Assembly: GCA_951406725.2 (NCBI GenBank)
Contig: OX597824.1
Coordinates: forward strand, 32,922,001 to 32,986,000
Source: Octopus vulgaris
Taxonomy: Eukaryota
Length of the DNA: 64,000 nt
Direction of reading: 5' to 3'
Within the stretch, counting starts at the first letter, position 1, and every line of letters begins with the position of its first letter. Shown piece by piece: positions 14,568 through 26,725 of the stretch. The notes beneath the pieces were generated by a model, which searched no databases, was not told the origin of the DNA, and saw only the letters and a program-made list of their open reading frames with translations. The position numbers and the translations under genes are program-made.

Positions 14568-15088
14568 TAAGACATTTAACAGGCAACTACTATATATATA
14601 CATATATATACATATATATATATACACACATATATATATATATATATATATGTATATGTGCGTGTATGTATATTTAACAACTCCATTCTTCACTTATTTT
14701 ATATTCCACAACAAAAGGTAACTTTCTGAATTTTCAGTTTGTGTGAAACTAATATTTCTACTAAAAGAAATTTCCGATAGCTAGTGTTTACAGGAGTGCT
14801 GCCAAAGGTAACTGCTGGGTCCCCTTTGATTTATTATATACATATATGTGTGTATGCACATACATATAATTTCTTAAATAGTATTCTGGTTATATATGAT
14901 GAAATAAAATGAAAAACTCTTGGTTACTGATATAACAAAATCCCAAAATTAGAGATGAAGAACCCAAGAGACCCAATATATAAACTTTACTAGTCACAGG
15001 GATATAAACATATTACTGGAAAAAATAAAAAAGACAAACCAACAAAAAGCCAAATGAAGATGTAGTTGTTGCACACACGCACACACAT

Positions 15089-15162
<74 letters not shown>

Positions 15163-15288
15163 ATATATGTATATATATATACTCACACACATATGTATAT
15201 ATTCAGAAGTTCAGCATAATCATATTACTCTGAAACTATAGATATCAATGCTACTTGTTAAGTCTAAAATTAAAAGTAATTTCAGTGA

Positions 15289-15331
<43 letters not shown>

Positions 15332-16099
15332 AAGTTGAAGAATTTTTATTATTAGTGGCATTGTAATGAATATTCTTCTAGGTTTGTTCATGAATAACTC
15401 CTGGTCATCACATTTGTTAATTCTAGCAGACCTTTGTTATGGTTTGGCTTCATAGAATACAAAGAGAATATTTTGTTCTGCTGGAATATGTAAAAAATAT
15501 CACGGGGGGATTATATGTCAAGACTGTCTCAACCAATTTAGGGTAAAATGATATTTAACACAGAGGTACAATTATTTGTTTAAGTATAAAAAAACGTGTG
15601 TGTATGTGTGTACACAAACACACATGTATTTTGCAAAATAGGTGTCTAAATGAGTTCTGAGAACATGTTATATTGTAATAGACTGAGATTTTCGGACAAA
15701 TCTCTTAATAGCTCTGAATCTCAAAATACTTTAGCAATAACTCTCTGAAATTGATATATAATATCAGAGATGTTTCCTGAAATATTTGATATATTTCCAG
15801 GCAACTTTTTACCAATATATGTGTGTATATATGAACACTAATATGTGAGTATGAGGCAGTAGTCTGGGTGCACAATATACATACATTGTATATGTGTATA
15901 TAATAAAATAATTTACATAATCATCATCACCATCACCAGTTATAGCTATTAAATTATTTAAAGAAGAAATAGAATTAAAAGAGAGAAAATAAAAACAAAG
16001 CAATGCTGAATAGATAAATAAATAGCAAAATTTTAAAATCTTCATTTATCTTTATATTTTACTTTAGCCCTAATGTTAAATTGTGAAAGGCACCTATGG

Positions 16100-16517
16100 A
16101 AAAGAAAATTATATGAAAGACAGGAACATGAAAATGGTAAAAGTAAGCTGACTCTTGAAGAAAGAAACTTGTTGAAGAAAGTTCAACAATAATTAAAAAG
16201 AGCATCCATTTTAGATATCACAATTAGTTTTAACTGTTTATACATCTATCTTCGTTTATCACTGATCTGAGATAACATGGGTCGCTGATCAGATAGTTTC
16301 TGCTTGGACTGCAAAAGCATGCCCCAATCACTATCCACAATTGCTCAGGATAACTCGAGGGTCTGAGAATGAAACTTATTTATTCCTATAAGTTTCTATG
16401 ATTCATTTATCACTGATTTGTGCAGCACCATACACTCGTGATAAACAAGGACAGATGTGTAAATATTTTAACTGCGGACTGATTAGCTGAAGCTTAATTT
16501 GAAGACCTTCTTTCATC
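16100..16517 (-). other. Candidate alternative terminal or 3'UTR exon
   Basis: Strong acceptor tttttcttttttaag|GATGAAAG at 16518-16519, at the edge of a repeat-poor block. Splicing from the large exon gives G then stop. The lower boundary is arbitrary. Confidence 0.35.
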
Positions 16518-16914
16518 CTTAAAAAAGAAAAACAGCCAGTCTAGTTACTGTTAGTTATCAGAGTTGCTATCTATCATTATAAGAATATCAATAGCTGTAA
16601 GCTGTATGACTAGTGGCTAATCACTCTTTAAATATTCAGATAGAAATAAAAATTAAAAAATACATAAATTAGGTGCTCACAGGTAAGCATACAAATATTG
16701 TCAGTCAGATGGCTGTTAACACTTCAGAAAATACTAAAGTAAGGGTTGAAAAGAGGGGTAAAAAATTTGCATCAGATATATCCAAACACCACTGAAAAAG
16801 TATTTCAAAAATTATTAAAAAATTGCTGTCATTTAATCAGAGGTGGGACATCGAATAGTTGTACAGATAAATAAGTAAGAACTATATTCAATAATAACAA
16901 TTAGAATTCTTTCT

Positions 16915-17994
16915 TCAATAGGCACAAGGCCAGAAATTTTGGGGGAATGGAGATAGTCAATTTACATCGACCACAGTGCTAGATTGGTACTTATTTTATC
17001 AACCGCAAAAGGATGACATGCAAAAATTAACCTTGGCGGAGTGTGAACTCTGAACAATGCCAGAAGAAATACTGCTTAGCATTTTATCCAGCTTGCCACC
17101 TTATTAATAACAACAGCTGTAAAGATTGGCACAAGGCCAGCAAATTTAGGGGAGGTGGAAGCCAATTACATCAGCCCCAGTACTTGACTGGTACTTTATT
17201 TTATCAGCCCCGAAAGGATGAAAGGCAAAGTTGACCGTGGCAGGATTTGAATTCAGAATAAATACCACTAAGCATTTTGTCCAACACACTAATGATTTGG
17301 TCAGTTTGTCACCTTTAATATTAATAATAATGATAATGATTTCTTATATATGCACAGGGCCACAAATTTTAGTGGTGAGGGTTTTTTATTACACTAATTC
17401 CAGTACATAACTGGTACTTAATTTATTGATCCCCGCCCCATCACCAAGAGAATTTAATTCACAATGTAAAGGCAGGATGTATTAAAAAAGTAAAATGCAA
17501 CTTGTTCGGTGCTATTTAAATTAATAATAATAATAATAATGGTGATTTCAAGTTTTGGCACAAGGCCAGCAGTTTCTGGGGAGAGGATAAGTTGATCACG
17601 TCAACCTCAGTGTTCAACTGGTACTTTATTTTATCAACCTTGAAAGGATGAAAGGCAAAGTTGACCTCAGTGGAATTTGAACTCAGAATGTAAAGATGAA
17701 TGAAATACTGCTAAGCATTTTGCCCAGCATGCTAACCATTCTGCCAGCTCACCACCTTAACAATAATTATTATTTCTAACACAGGCTCAAGGCCAGAAAT
17801 TTGAAGGGGGCTGTGGTTAGTCAATTAAATTGACCCTTAAATCTTGACCGATAGTTTATTTAATAAACTTCAAAAGGGTGAAAGGCAATACTGATCTTAG
17901 AAGAATTTGAACTCAGAATGTAAAGAGCCAGAACAAATATTACAAGTCATTTTATCTGATGCTCTAACAATTCTGCCAATCCACTGTCTTTTTG

Positions 17995-18025
<31 letters not shown>

Positions 18026-18202
18026 AATAATATAAATAAGAAAAGAATAATAATAATGATAATTTCTCACATAATAATGGTTTCAAATTTTACCACAAGG
18101 GCAGCCATTTTGGGGGAGGGGATGTGTCGATTACATCGACCCCAGTGTTCAACTGGTACTTAATTTATCGACCGCGAAAGGATGAAAGGCAAAGTTGACC
18201 TT
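16915..18202 (-). repeat. Tandem cluster of about 7 tRNA-derived Nin/Deu-domain-like SINEs separated by (AAT)n
   Basis: Repeated GGCACAAGGCCAG...CTGGTACTT...AAAGGATGAAAGGCAAAGTTGACC...TTTGAACTCAG...CTGCCAGCT. Other copies at about 9120-9960, 19750-20158, 23515-23730, 50905-51121 and 61520-61741. Confidence 0.85.
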
Positions 18203-19667
18203 AGAAAATAATAAAAACACATATGTGACGTTCTAAATGTTCATCTAGGGAACATCAAAGGTATGTAATGAGCTCTCCAGTCTTTTTAATAAAAACCCCG
18301 AGCGTGTGCACATTTTATCAAACTACCACTTCTAAATGTGGTGGCGGTGGAGGAGGAGGGGGGCGGCACAACAGCAACAACAACAACACTTGGAAGAAGA
18401 CCAAGCCAAAGAATATAGTTTAGAAATTCATTTGTCTACACTAAGGAAGAAAAGATTAAAAGAATAGGTGGTTTCTTACATTGGGAGGAGTAGGAGGAGG
18501 AGGAGGATGTTGTGATATTCAACCCTTTCCAAAGATCGTTAGCAAAGTATGTGAAGTAGTTACAACTACAGATTAAAATTAAGTGGTGGACTCCACTTGT
18601 TTAGAATTTACTGCAACACCACATTGAATAATAATAATAATAATGATAATAATAACTACAACTATTTTTTTATTATTAACATCATCATCATCAACCCCAG
18701 AAAAGAAGATGGTACGTGTAAACTGAATGTTAAAAAATGGTTATTTATCAATAAGAATTATAGATTAGATAGATAATTGGATAAATTAAAATTAAAATTT
18801 GAATCAATGTAAGTTTTTCTTAATTGGCAACATTACAGCACTAAACACATTTCAAAAAGAGATTTTAAAACTGAAAATAAAATAATTTATAAGATACATA
18901 CACACACATGCATTCGGAGAGATAGTGCTGCGAAGAAATTGGAACAGAAAAAAAAAAACAGAGAGCAAAAAGAAAAATGTATATAAATAAATATTTCTAA
19001 GCACATAAGCGCCAAAACCAATTGATTAAAGGAGAAAATGTTTTGGTGTGATGATAGTTGAGGAATAGAGTGATTGTTTCATTCATTACAAACAGTGAGC
19101 CTTTTAAAATTCTTAGAAAATGTTCAATTACATCACACGTACACAGCAAATAGATTGTGAGGGACGGAGGATGGTATGGTTTAATCGTGGAGTCAATGGA
19201 AGCAATCATTATCATCATCATTGTCAAGAGTGTTGCTGTCACAGATGGAAAATTAACAGAACACTGTAAGGGTTTTTTTTTTAAAAAACTTTTTCCATAA
19301 TAGCAGTAGTAACAGTAGGAGTAAGTGTTTCTAGACTTTCCCTTGAATTTCTGTATCAATGAGAAAGGATTGCTGAAACAAATACACAATTCTGAGAATT
19401 TGTCAAATATTACCGTTTCCATCAAAAACTCTTGTTGTCAAGCTACCTTAGCTAAATCAAAGTATTTCACAAGTTGGAGACTTTATATTTGAGAAGTGCA
19501 GTAGCCTTAGTAGCGCTTGTCTTTTGATATGAAGGCCAGAGTGTTAGAGTAGAAAGTATAAAGAAAAAGTGCAAGCAGTGATGATATGATAATTATATGA
19601 TTATTGGCATGGAACTAAAAATATGTGACCACATCTCTTAGGGTCATTTCGAAATGCGTTCTTCGTG

Positions 19668-19705
19668 TCAGACAGTTGATGACGATTGATGTTTTTCCAT
19701 ACAAT
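19668..19705 (-). CDS. CCDC9: Terminal coding exon: DCMEKHQSSSTV*
   Basis: ttgtgtttcag|ATTGTATGG; phase 1 entry; TGA at 19670-19668, followed by unique UTR-like sequence. Confidence 0.65.
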
Positions 19706-20589
19706 CTGAAACACAATAAAAACATTTGGGTTAAATTTACACAATATAACGGTTTCGAATTTTGGCTCAAGGCCAGCAATTTTGGGGAAAGGGTTAGTTA
19801 ATTACATCAAGCCCAGTGCTCAAACTGTACTCGTTTTATCAACCTCAAAAGGATGAAAGGCAAAATCAGCTTTGGTGAACTTAAAATCAGAATGTAAAGA
19901 CAGACAAAATGTTGCTAAGCATTTTGTCTAGTTGCTAACCATTCTGCCAGTTTGCTACCTTAAATTTACATATTTTGGTTTCAAATTTTGGCACAAGGCC
20001 AACAAATTCAGTGGGAGAGGTAAGTCGATTACATCAACCACAGTCCTCAATTGGTACTTATTTTACCAACCCCAAAAGGTGAATTTGAACCCTGAAAGTA
20101 AAAACAGATGAAAGCATTTTGCTCGCTGTGCTAACAATTCTGCCAGCTCACTGCCTTAAATTGACACAATATATTACCATCAATATTATTAAAATAAATG
20201 TTTAAACAACCCCATTACATTGTCCTGATATGATGTTTCATTATTGCTGTGAATAGACTGTCAAGAAATATTCATTAGGCCAGCATCTCATATATTTTAG
20301 TCAATTGTCTCTAAAAATAGAAACCTTTGTCTCATCATTCTGTCTCATCACTTTGCACCGATTTTCTGCTGTTTACACCTTATCTTCAAATACCCATTAG
20401 GCACTTTCTTCCCTCAAAAGCAATCAAGTATGTTTCATGTCTTCAATCAAAGTCAATAACTTACATTTGTATGGTCATCAGTGTCACTTAGCTCTACAAG
20501 TTGCTTGCATTTGTTGTATTCATTCTTATGTTGTTTGGTAATCAAAGTTAATTTAATTGTTTTGGTTCAATTGAAATTCAACATCAATG

Positions 20590-21405
20590 GAAATTGTAGC
20601 TGTGATACCAGTGCCGGTGGCACGTAAGAGAACCATCCAAACGTGGCCATTGCCAGCGCCGCCCCGACTGGCACGTAAAAAGCACCATCCGATCGTGGCC
20701 GTTTGCCAGCCTCCTCTGGCACCTGTGCCAGTGGCATGTAAAAAGCACCCACTACACTCACGGAGTGGTTGGCGTTAGGAAGGGCATCCAGCCGTAGAAA
20801 CATTGCCAGATCAGACTGGGCCTGGTGCAGCCTTCTGGCTTCCCAGACCCCAGTTGAACCGTCCAACCCATGCTAGCATGGAAAGTGGATGCTAAACGAT
20901 GATGTTGTCTGACAAGTAGTTGTTGTGTCTACATGCCTGTAACTTGGTGGTCTGGCAAAAGAGACCAATAGAATAAGTGCCAGACTTTAAGAGAAATAAG
21001 TACTAGGGTTGATTCATTCATTCATTCAACTAAAAATTCCTCAATGTGGTGTCCCAACATTACTAAAGTCTAATGACTGAAACCAGTAAAAGGTAAAAGA
21101 TTAAAAAAAAACTATTTGATCAAGAAACACGAATGGTGTGACTGTGCCTCAACGGTTGGCTATCAAAAGTGTTATGATCCTGCCTTAATGCTGACTAATG
21201 AAATAATCATTTATTTCTACATAACGTAAAAAACACCCACTACACTCGCGGAGTGGTTGGCGTTAGGAAGGGCATCCAGCCGTAGAAACACTGCCAGATC
21301 TGACTGGGCCTGACGAAGCCTTCCAGCTTCACAGACCCCAGTTGACCCGTCCAACCCATGCTAGCATGGAAAGCGGACGCTAAACGATGATGATGATGAT
21401 GATGA
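20590..21405 (+). repeat. SINE-like family with GGTTGGCGTTAGGAAGGGCATCCAGC core and (GAT)n tail (copies 20590-20906 and 21225-21405)
   Basis: Internal repeats of TGGCACGTAAAAAGCACC. Further copies at about 28445, 30125 and 47460 (+), and 37336-38170 and 48610 (-). Confidence 0.8.
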
Positions 21406-21930
21406 TAACAGTGTTTCATAATATAATCTAAGTTTTCTAATTGCTTGTTTTATTGTAAACAAAATACCAATTCTGAAGTATTTGTAAGTTAGAAAATAAT
21501 AAAATTTTGTTTGAAGATAATGGCAAAATAACTGAGCATAAAAAGGGTAGAAATCCAACACGCAATAACTATGTATAAGTGTTCAGAATTTTGGCCACAC
21601 ATAAGAAACTGGGAAAATATATAAATGTTTTGCTAGCCTACTCACACAAAAATATGTTATATACATTAAGAAGAGAATGTTCCCTCACCTGTTATAAACT
21701 GTCTCAGAGTCAGTTCTACACAGAGTTTAATGCTTGTTCTGAACAATCACTTACGAGATCTGGAGATTCTATAAAAACAGAAATAAACCAGCATGGATCA
21801 ATCAAATCAAAGATGAAGTGAATGAAGGAATATATGTAAATATAATCAATATTTTAAATTTCAGACATGTACTTGTGTGGAAAGTCATTTGACCTGAGAC
21901 TGTGTATTCAAACTAAAACAATCACAGCAT

Positions 21931-22690
21931 GGCACAGGTATGGCTGTGTGGTAAGAAGTCTGCTTCTCAACAACATGTTTCCAGGTTCAGTTCCACTGCC
22001 TGACACTTTGGGCAAGTGTGTTCTACTGTAGCCTCAGGCTGACCAAGCCTTGTGAGTGGACTTGGTAGGTGGAAACCGAAAGAAGCCCATTGTATGCAAG
22101 TGTGTGTCTGTGTTTGTCCCCCACCACTGCTTGACAACAAGTGTTGATATGTTTATGTCCTTGTAACTTAACAGTTCAGCAAAAGACACTGATAGAACAG
22201 TCTTTACTCTTTTACTTGTTTCAGTCATTTGACTGTGGCCATGCTGGAGCACCGCTTTTAGTCGAGCAAATCGATCCCAAGACTTATTCTTTGTAAGCTT
22301 AGTACTTATTCTATCGGTCTCTTTTGTCAAACCGCTAAGTTACGGGGACATAAACACACCAGCACCGGTTGTCAAGTGATGTTGGGGGGACAAACACAGA
22401 CACACAAACATACACACACACACACATATATACGATGGTCTTCTTTCAGTTTCTGTCTACCAAATCCACTCACAAGGCTTTAGTCAGCCCGAGGCCATAG
22501 TAGAAGACACTTGCCCAAGGTGCCATGCCGTGGGACTGAACCCGGAACCATGTGGTTGGTAAGCAAACTACTTACCACACAGCCATTCCTATGCCTATGT
22601 ACTGGGGTTGAACAGTTTGACTAAAATTCTTCAAGAAGGTGCCCCAGCATGGCTGCAGTTTAATGGTTGAAACAAGTAAAAGAATAAGAG
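21931..22690. mobile_element. Plus-strand CORE-like SINE with a minus-strand copy of the same family nested at about 22203-22595
   Basis: The + copy runs 21931-22200 and resumes at about 22598. Confidence 0.8.
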
Positions 22691-23109
22691 AATGGAAAAT
22701 GCATATTAACCATTCAAAAACATACAAAAGCTTAACTTCATTTCATATCAAAATTTTCATTATACTAACCTTGAGGAATTGTGTCAGTGACCAGGTTGCA
22801 ATTAGTGTAATGAAAATTTTGACACAAAGTGGAATTAACAGTTTGCAATTAGTGTGATGAAAATTTTCTTTTTTTTTTTACAACAAATGGAGTTAATAGT
22901 TTTTGCGTATTTTTGAATGGCTAATATATGTCTTCTATATAGTAACTATCAATATTTGGAACTATTTTCAGATTATGAATTCAAAACCTTCCAAACTGAA
23001 AACAACACAAGGAAAGCTCTTAGATCTGTAAATTTTATATATGTACGGTTAATCAGGAAAACGAAAGGATAATTAATAATGACACACATAATAATAATAA
23101 CAACAACAA

Positions 23110-23513
23110 CAGGTGCAGGAGTGCCTGCATGGTAAGAAGCTGGCTTCCCAATCACAAGGTTCCAGGTTCAGTCCCACTGCATAACACCTTGGGCAAGTGC
23201 CTTCTACTATAGTCTCTGGCAGACCAAATCTTGTGAGTGGATTTGGTAGACGGAAACTGAAAGAAGCTCGTCATACACACACACACATATGTATTTGTGT
23301 GTGTGTCTGTGTTTGCCCCTCTCACTGTTGCTTGACAACCGATGTTGGTGTGTTTAGGTCCCCATAACTTAGCAGTTCCGCAAAAGAGACTGAAAGAATA
23401 AATACTAGGCCTAGGCTTACAAAGAATAAGTCCTGGGATTGCTTTGTTCAGCTAAAGGCGGTGCTCCAGCATGGCCGCAGTCAAATGACTGAAACAAGTA
23501 AAAGAATAAAAGA
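23110..23513 (+). mobile_element. tRNA-derived CORE-like SINE
   Basis: Full-length + copy ending GAAACAAGTAAAAGAATAAAAGAAT. Confidence 0.88.
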
Positions 23514-24556
23514 ATTTCTACTCTAGACACAAGGCCTTGAAAAAATTTTTGGGAAAAGGGGACTAGTCAATTACATTGACCCTAAGGCATAACTGGTACT
23601 TATTTCATCGCCCCTGAAAGGATGAAAGGCAAAGTTGACCTCAGCAGGATTTAAACTCAGAATGCAACAGTAGACGAAATACCGCAAAGCATTATGCCTG
23701 GCGTGCTAACGGTTCTGCCAGCTCTCCGTCGTCAACAACAACAGTAAAAAAAATATAAAAACAACAACCCAAAAAGCAAATAGAGTTCCCTATGTTTCGA
23801 TATATTTCAAATGTTAGAAGACCAAAATAATACATTCAGTATTTATCCTGAAATCATAATTTTTCAGTCTTCAAACTTCTTATTAAGGTTCTTTTGGTAT
23901 GTCCACAAAATACAAAAGAGAAATGTTCAGAGGAGTTTCAAATTGTTACGAACAACATTAACCATGTATTGCCCCCCCCCACCACCACCACCACCCCAAA
24001 AAAATTATGGTCTCAAATTTTGCCATACGCAACTGGAACTTAATTTATTGACCATGAAAGGATGAAAGGCAAAGTTGACCTCAGTGAAATAATAATAATA
24101 ATAATAATAATAGTAGTTACTTAAGTACTTAGTTTGTGATGTTCATTTATTTCGCAATATTTTCAAAGCAGAAAGGTTTCATAGGGAAATGAATTTGGTT
24201 CAGTTTGTACAGAAAATTAATCAGTGTGTTAAGAGCCAAGTTGGAAATATCTTTTATATTTACATCAACAGGCTTCACTAGTATTATGGTCAAATAGAAG
24301 ATTAACATTCTAAGTAGACAGAAGAAATTACTGTATTTATCCATGTATAAGTTGAACCATAATTTTGCATTAAATCTTGATACAAAATTTGATCCCTTCA
24401 TAGCTTTAAGCTTTGCCCCATGTATAAGATGCACCTCAAGTTTTTTCCAGTTAAAATCAAGTATAAAATAGTGTGATTTATACACAAGTAAATATGGTAG
24501 CCTTAGAGATTGTGAAAAAAAATGTATGTTAACAGTAGAAGAATGAAGTTTAATAC

Positions 24557-26725
24557 CTGTTTTCGATTTTTCATCCGTGCTGCTCTTGTGAAGATCATTG
24601 CATTCATTATTAACAGACTGGTTATTGCTGTCTGGCAGATTATTAGAAACAGTTTCCTTCAACGGATTTTGAGAGGAGGAGGAGGAGGAGGAGACAGAAC
24701 CTGCTGCAGCTACACCCTCAGTTTTGGAATCAGAAGCATTAGACTCATTGGAACTCTTGTACACCGATACTGTTTCAATATCATCTTTGACACTTAATTT
24801 CCAAGCACCAGCGTCTTTGACAGTCTGCAATGTTTCTTTGATTGTGACTGCACAAACCTCTGCAGTTGGATAAAAAACATCTCTGCTAGTATTGTCATTT
24901 CTCTGCTTCGAAGCATCAGAAGTAACATTCGAACAGTTTTCGGAACTATCTCCAACATCAGCTTTACTCTGGTCTTCTTTCACTGGTGCTTTTTCTTCTT
25001 TATCATCTGTCTCCCCACTAGTTTTGGTCTCAAGGTTTTCACTTAACTCAGTTGATTCAGTGCTAACGTTTTGTTCAACGGATTTATCTAATTCTTGTTT
25101 ACAAATATCGTCTTCTATTTTGACATCTACTTTCTGTTCGTTAACAATGCTTTCAGTGTTACACACTGAAGCCTGGTCATTAACAATTTCTGTTTTTGTA
25201 TCAGTTTCTGGGTTTGGCACTGTGGTTTTTTCACTATCTTCACTTTTTGATGCTGCAACTTCTTTGCTGCCTGTGTCTTCACTTTTCGACTCTTTGCTGC
25301 CTGTATCTTCACTTTTCGACTCTTTGCTATCTTTATTATCAACTACATCGGTTTCCTTAATTATATTTTCTTCTTTAGCTATTTGTTCATTAGAATTATG
25401 TTCATTTTCAGATCTAACTGTTTCTGTAGTAACTTTGGTTTTAGAATCAGAATTCTCTACCTTATTTGCTGATTGTTCATTGTGACTATGAACACTTTCA
25501 TCAGATTTTGTTGCCAGTGGGTCTAAATTAGTTTCTTCTAATTTGTTGGTCTCAATATCTGCATCAGGAACAAGGCTATCTGAATCTGATAAACTTTTTG
25601 TAAATGCTTCTGAGCTATTTTCCGGTTTAGCATCACTCTCATCAACAGCATCACCATCAGCTTTATCTTCACATTTGTCATGGCAATTTAATCCTTCGTT
25701 ATCAGTCTTAGTCAATTTATCAGGATTCTCAGCAACTTTCTGAGAATCTGATTTGCAAAGATTTTGATTTAAGGAGGAGGAGGAGGAGGAAGAGTCATTT
25801 AATACTTTATTTTCATGGACCTCATCTTTGTCAACAGTATTAGCGGAAAATTCTTTAGCTGAGCTGCTACTCAAAATTGGGGGTTGAACACTTTTGTTCT
25901 TGTTTTGAACAAGAGACTCTTTGGCTTGCTCTATAGAGGCCGGGTTGATAGGTTTGTCATTTTCTGATGGAGCATTCAAAAAATCTGGTGAGGTGGGAAC
26001 AAAAGCTGGGGCTTCAGGATTTAGCTGACAGTCAAGTCGAAGACTTTCCTGTATTTTATCAGTGCTATCATAAACCAGATGACCATCTTCAACGCAATAG
26101 TCATCCTCATCGGGACAGTCTTCCCATTCCTCACCTTCCACCATGCCATGTACAAGACCATAATTGGCTTCATTTTCAGCATCTTCATATATACCACTGT
26201 AAAGCTCTCCATCTTCAATATATTCGTCTTCCAGCATAACACCCTCTTCATCATCATCATCATCATCATCTTCGTCGTCGTCATCTTCCTCATCATTGCC
26301 ACAGTGAAGGTGGTCACCATTTTGCAGGTTAATCTGAGACTGGTCCCATGAATTCTCTTGTATGGTATCCCACATTTTTTCAGCAGGAGCACAGCCTGAT
26401 GTAGGACAGGACTTACTGTAAGGAGAGCTTACGATAGAATGTGATGTCTGATCATATGAAATAGGTATGCTAGCTGAAGCAATTCCACTACCACCGACTG
26501 ACCGTAATGCAATATTATCGTTATCAGAGTATTCAACTTCTACATCATCTCGAGCACCTGGAGCATTGTCTATCTTTACAACAAGCAGATCCCTTGTACA
26601 CTCAACTTTACGAGAATCACTAGCAAGATTTGCTGGTATGATACGACTTCGAGGTGGTGCTGTTATACCACGACCTCTTCCACGGCCTCGACCCAACAGC
26701 TTCTTTCCTTTATCAGCTTTCTCAC
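24557..26725 (-). CDS. CCDC9: Very large exon (2169 nt, phase 1-1): RGRGRG tract, D/E-rich region, EEWED motif, PAM2-like motif, long S/E/K/D disordered tail
   Basis: Lies within ORF 24147-26798. Acceptor ttgttttag|GTGAGAAA, donor AAAACAG|gtatta. The hydrophobic ends of the ORF are intronic. Confidence 0.9.

Noticed and set aside
16915-18202. CRISPR-like array
   Set aside because: The units are diverged SINEs of about 200 bp without unique spacers. The context is eukaryotic and there are no cas genes.
18997-19425. 142-aa ORF as an additional exon or gene
   Set aside because: It lies after the in-frame stop, has no recognisable motif and has UTR-like composition.
23110-23185. tRNA genes at SINE heads
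   Set aside because: A/B-box remnants lack a complete cloverleaf and run straight into SINE bodies.
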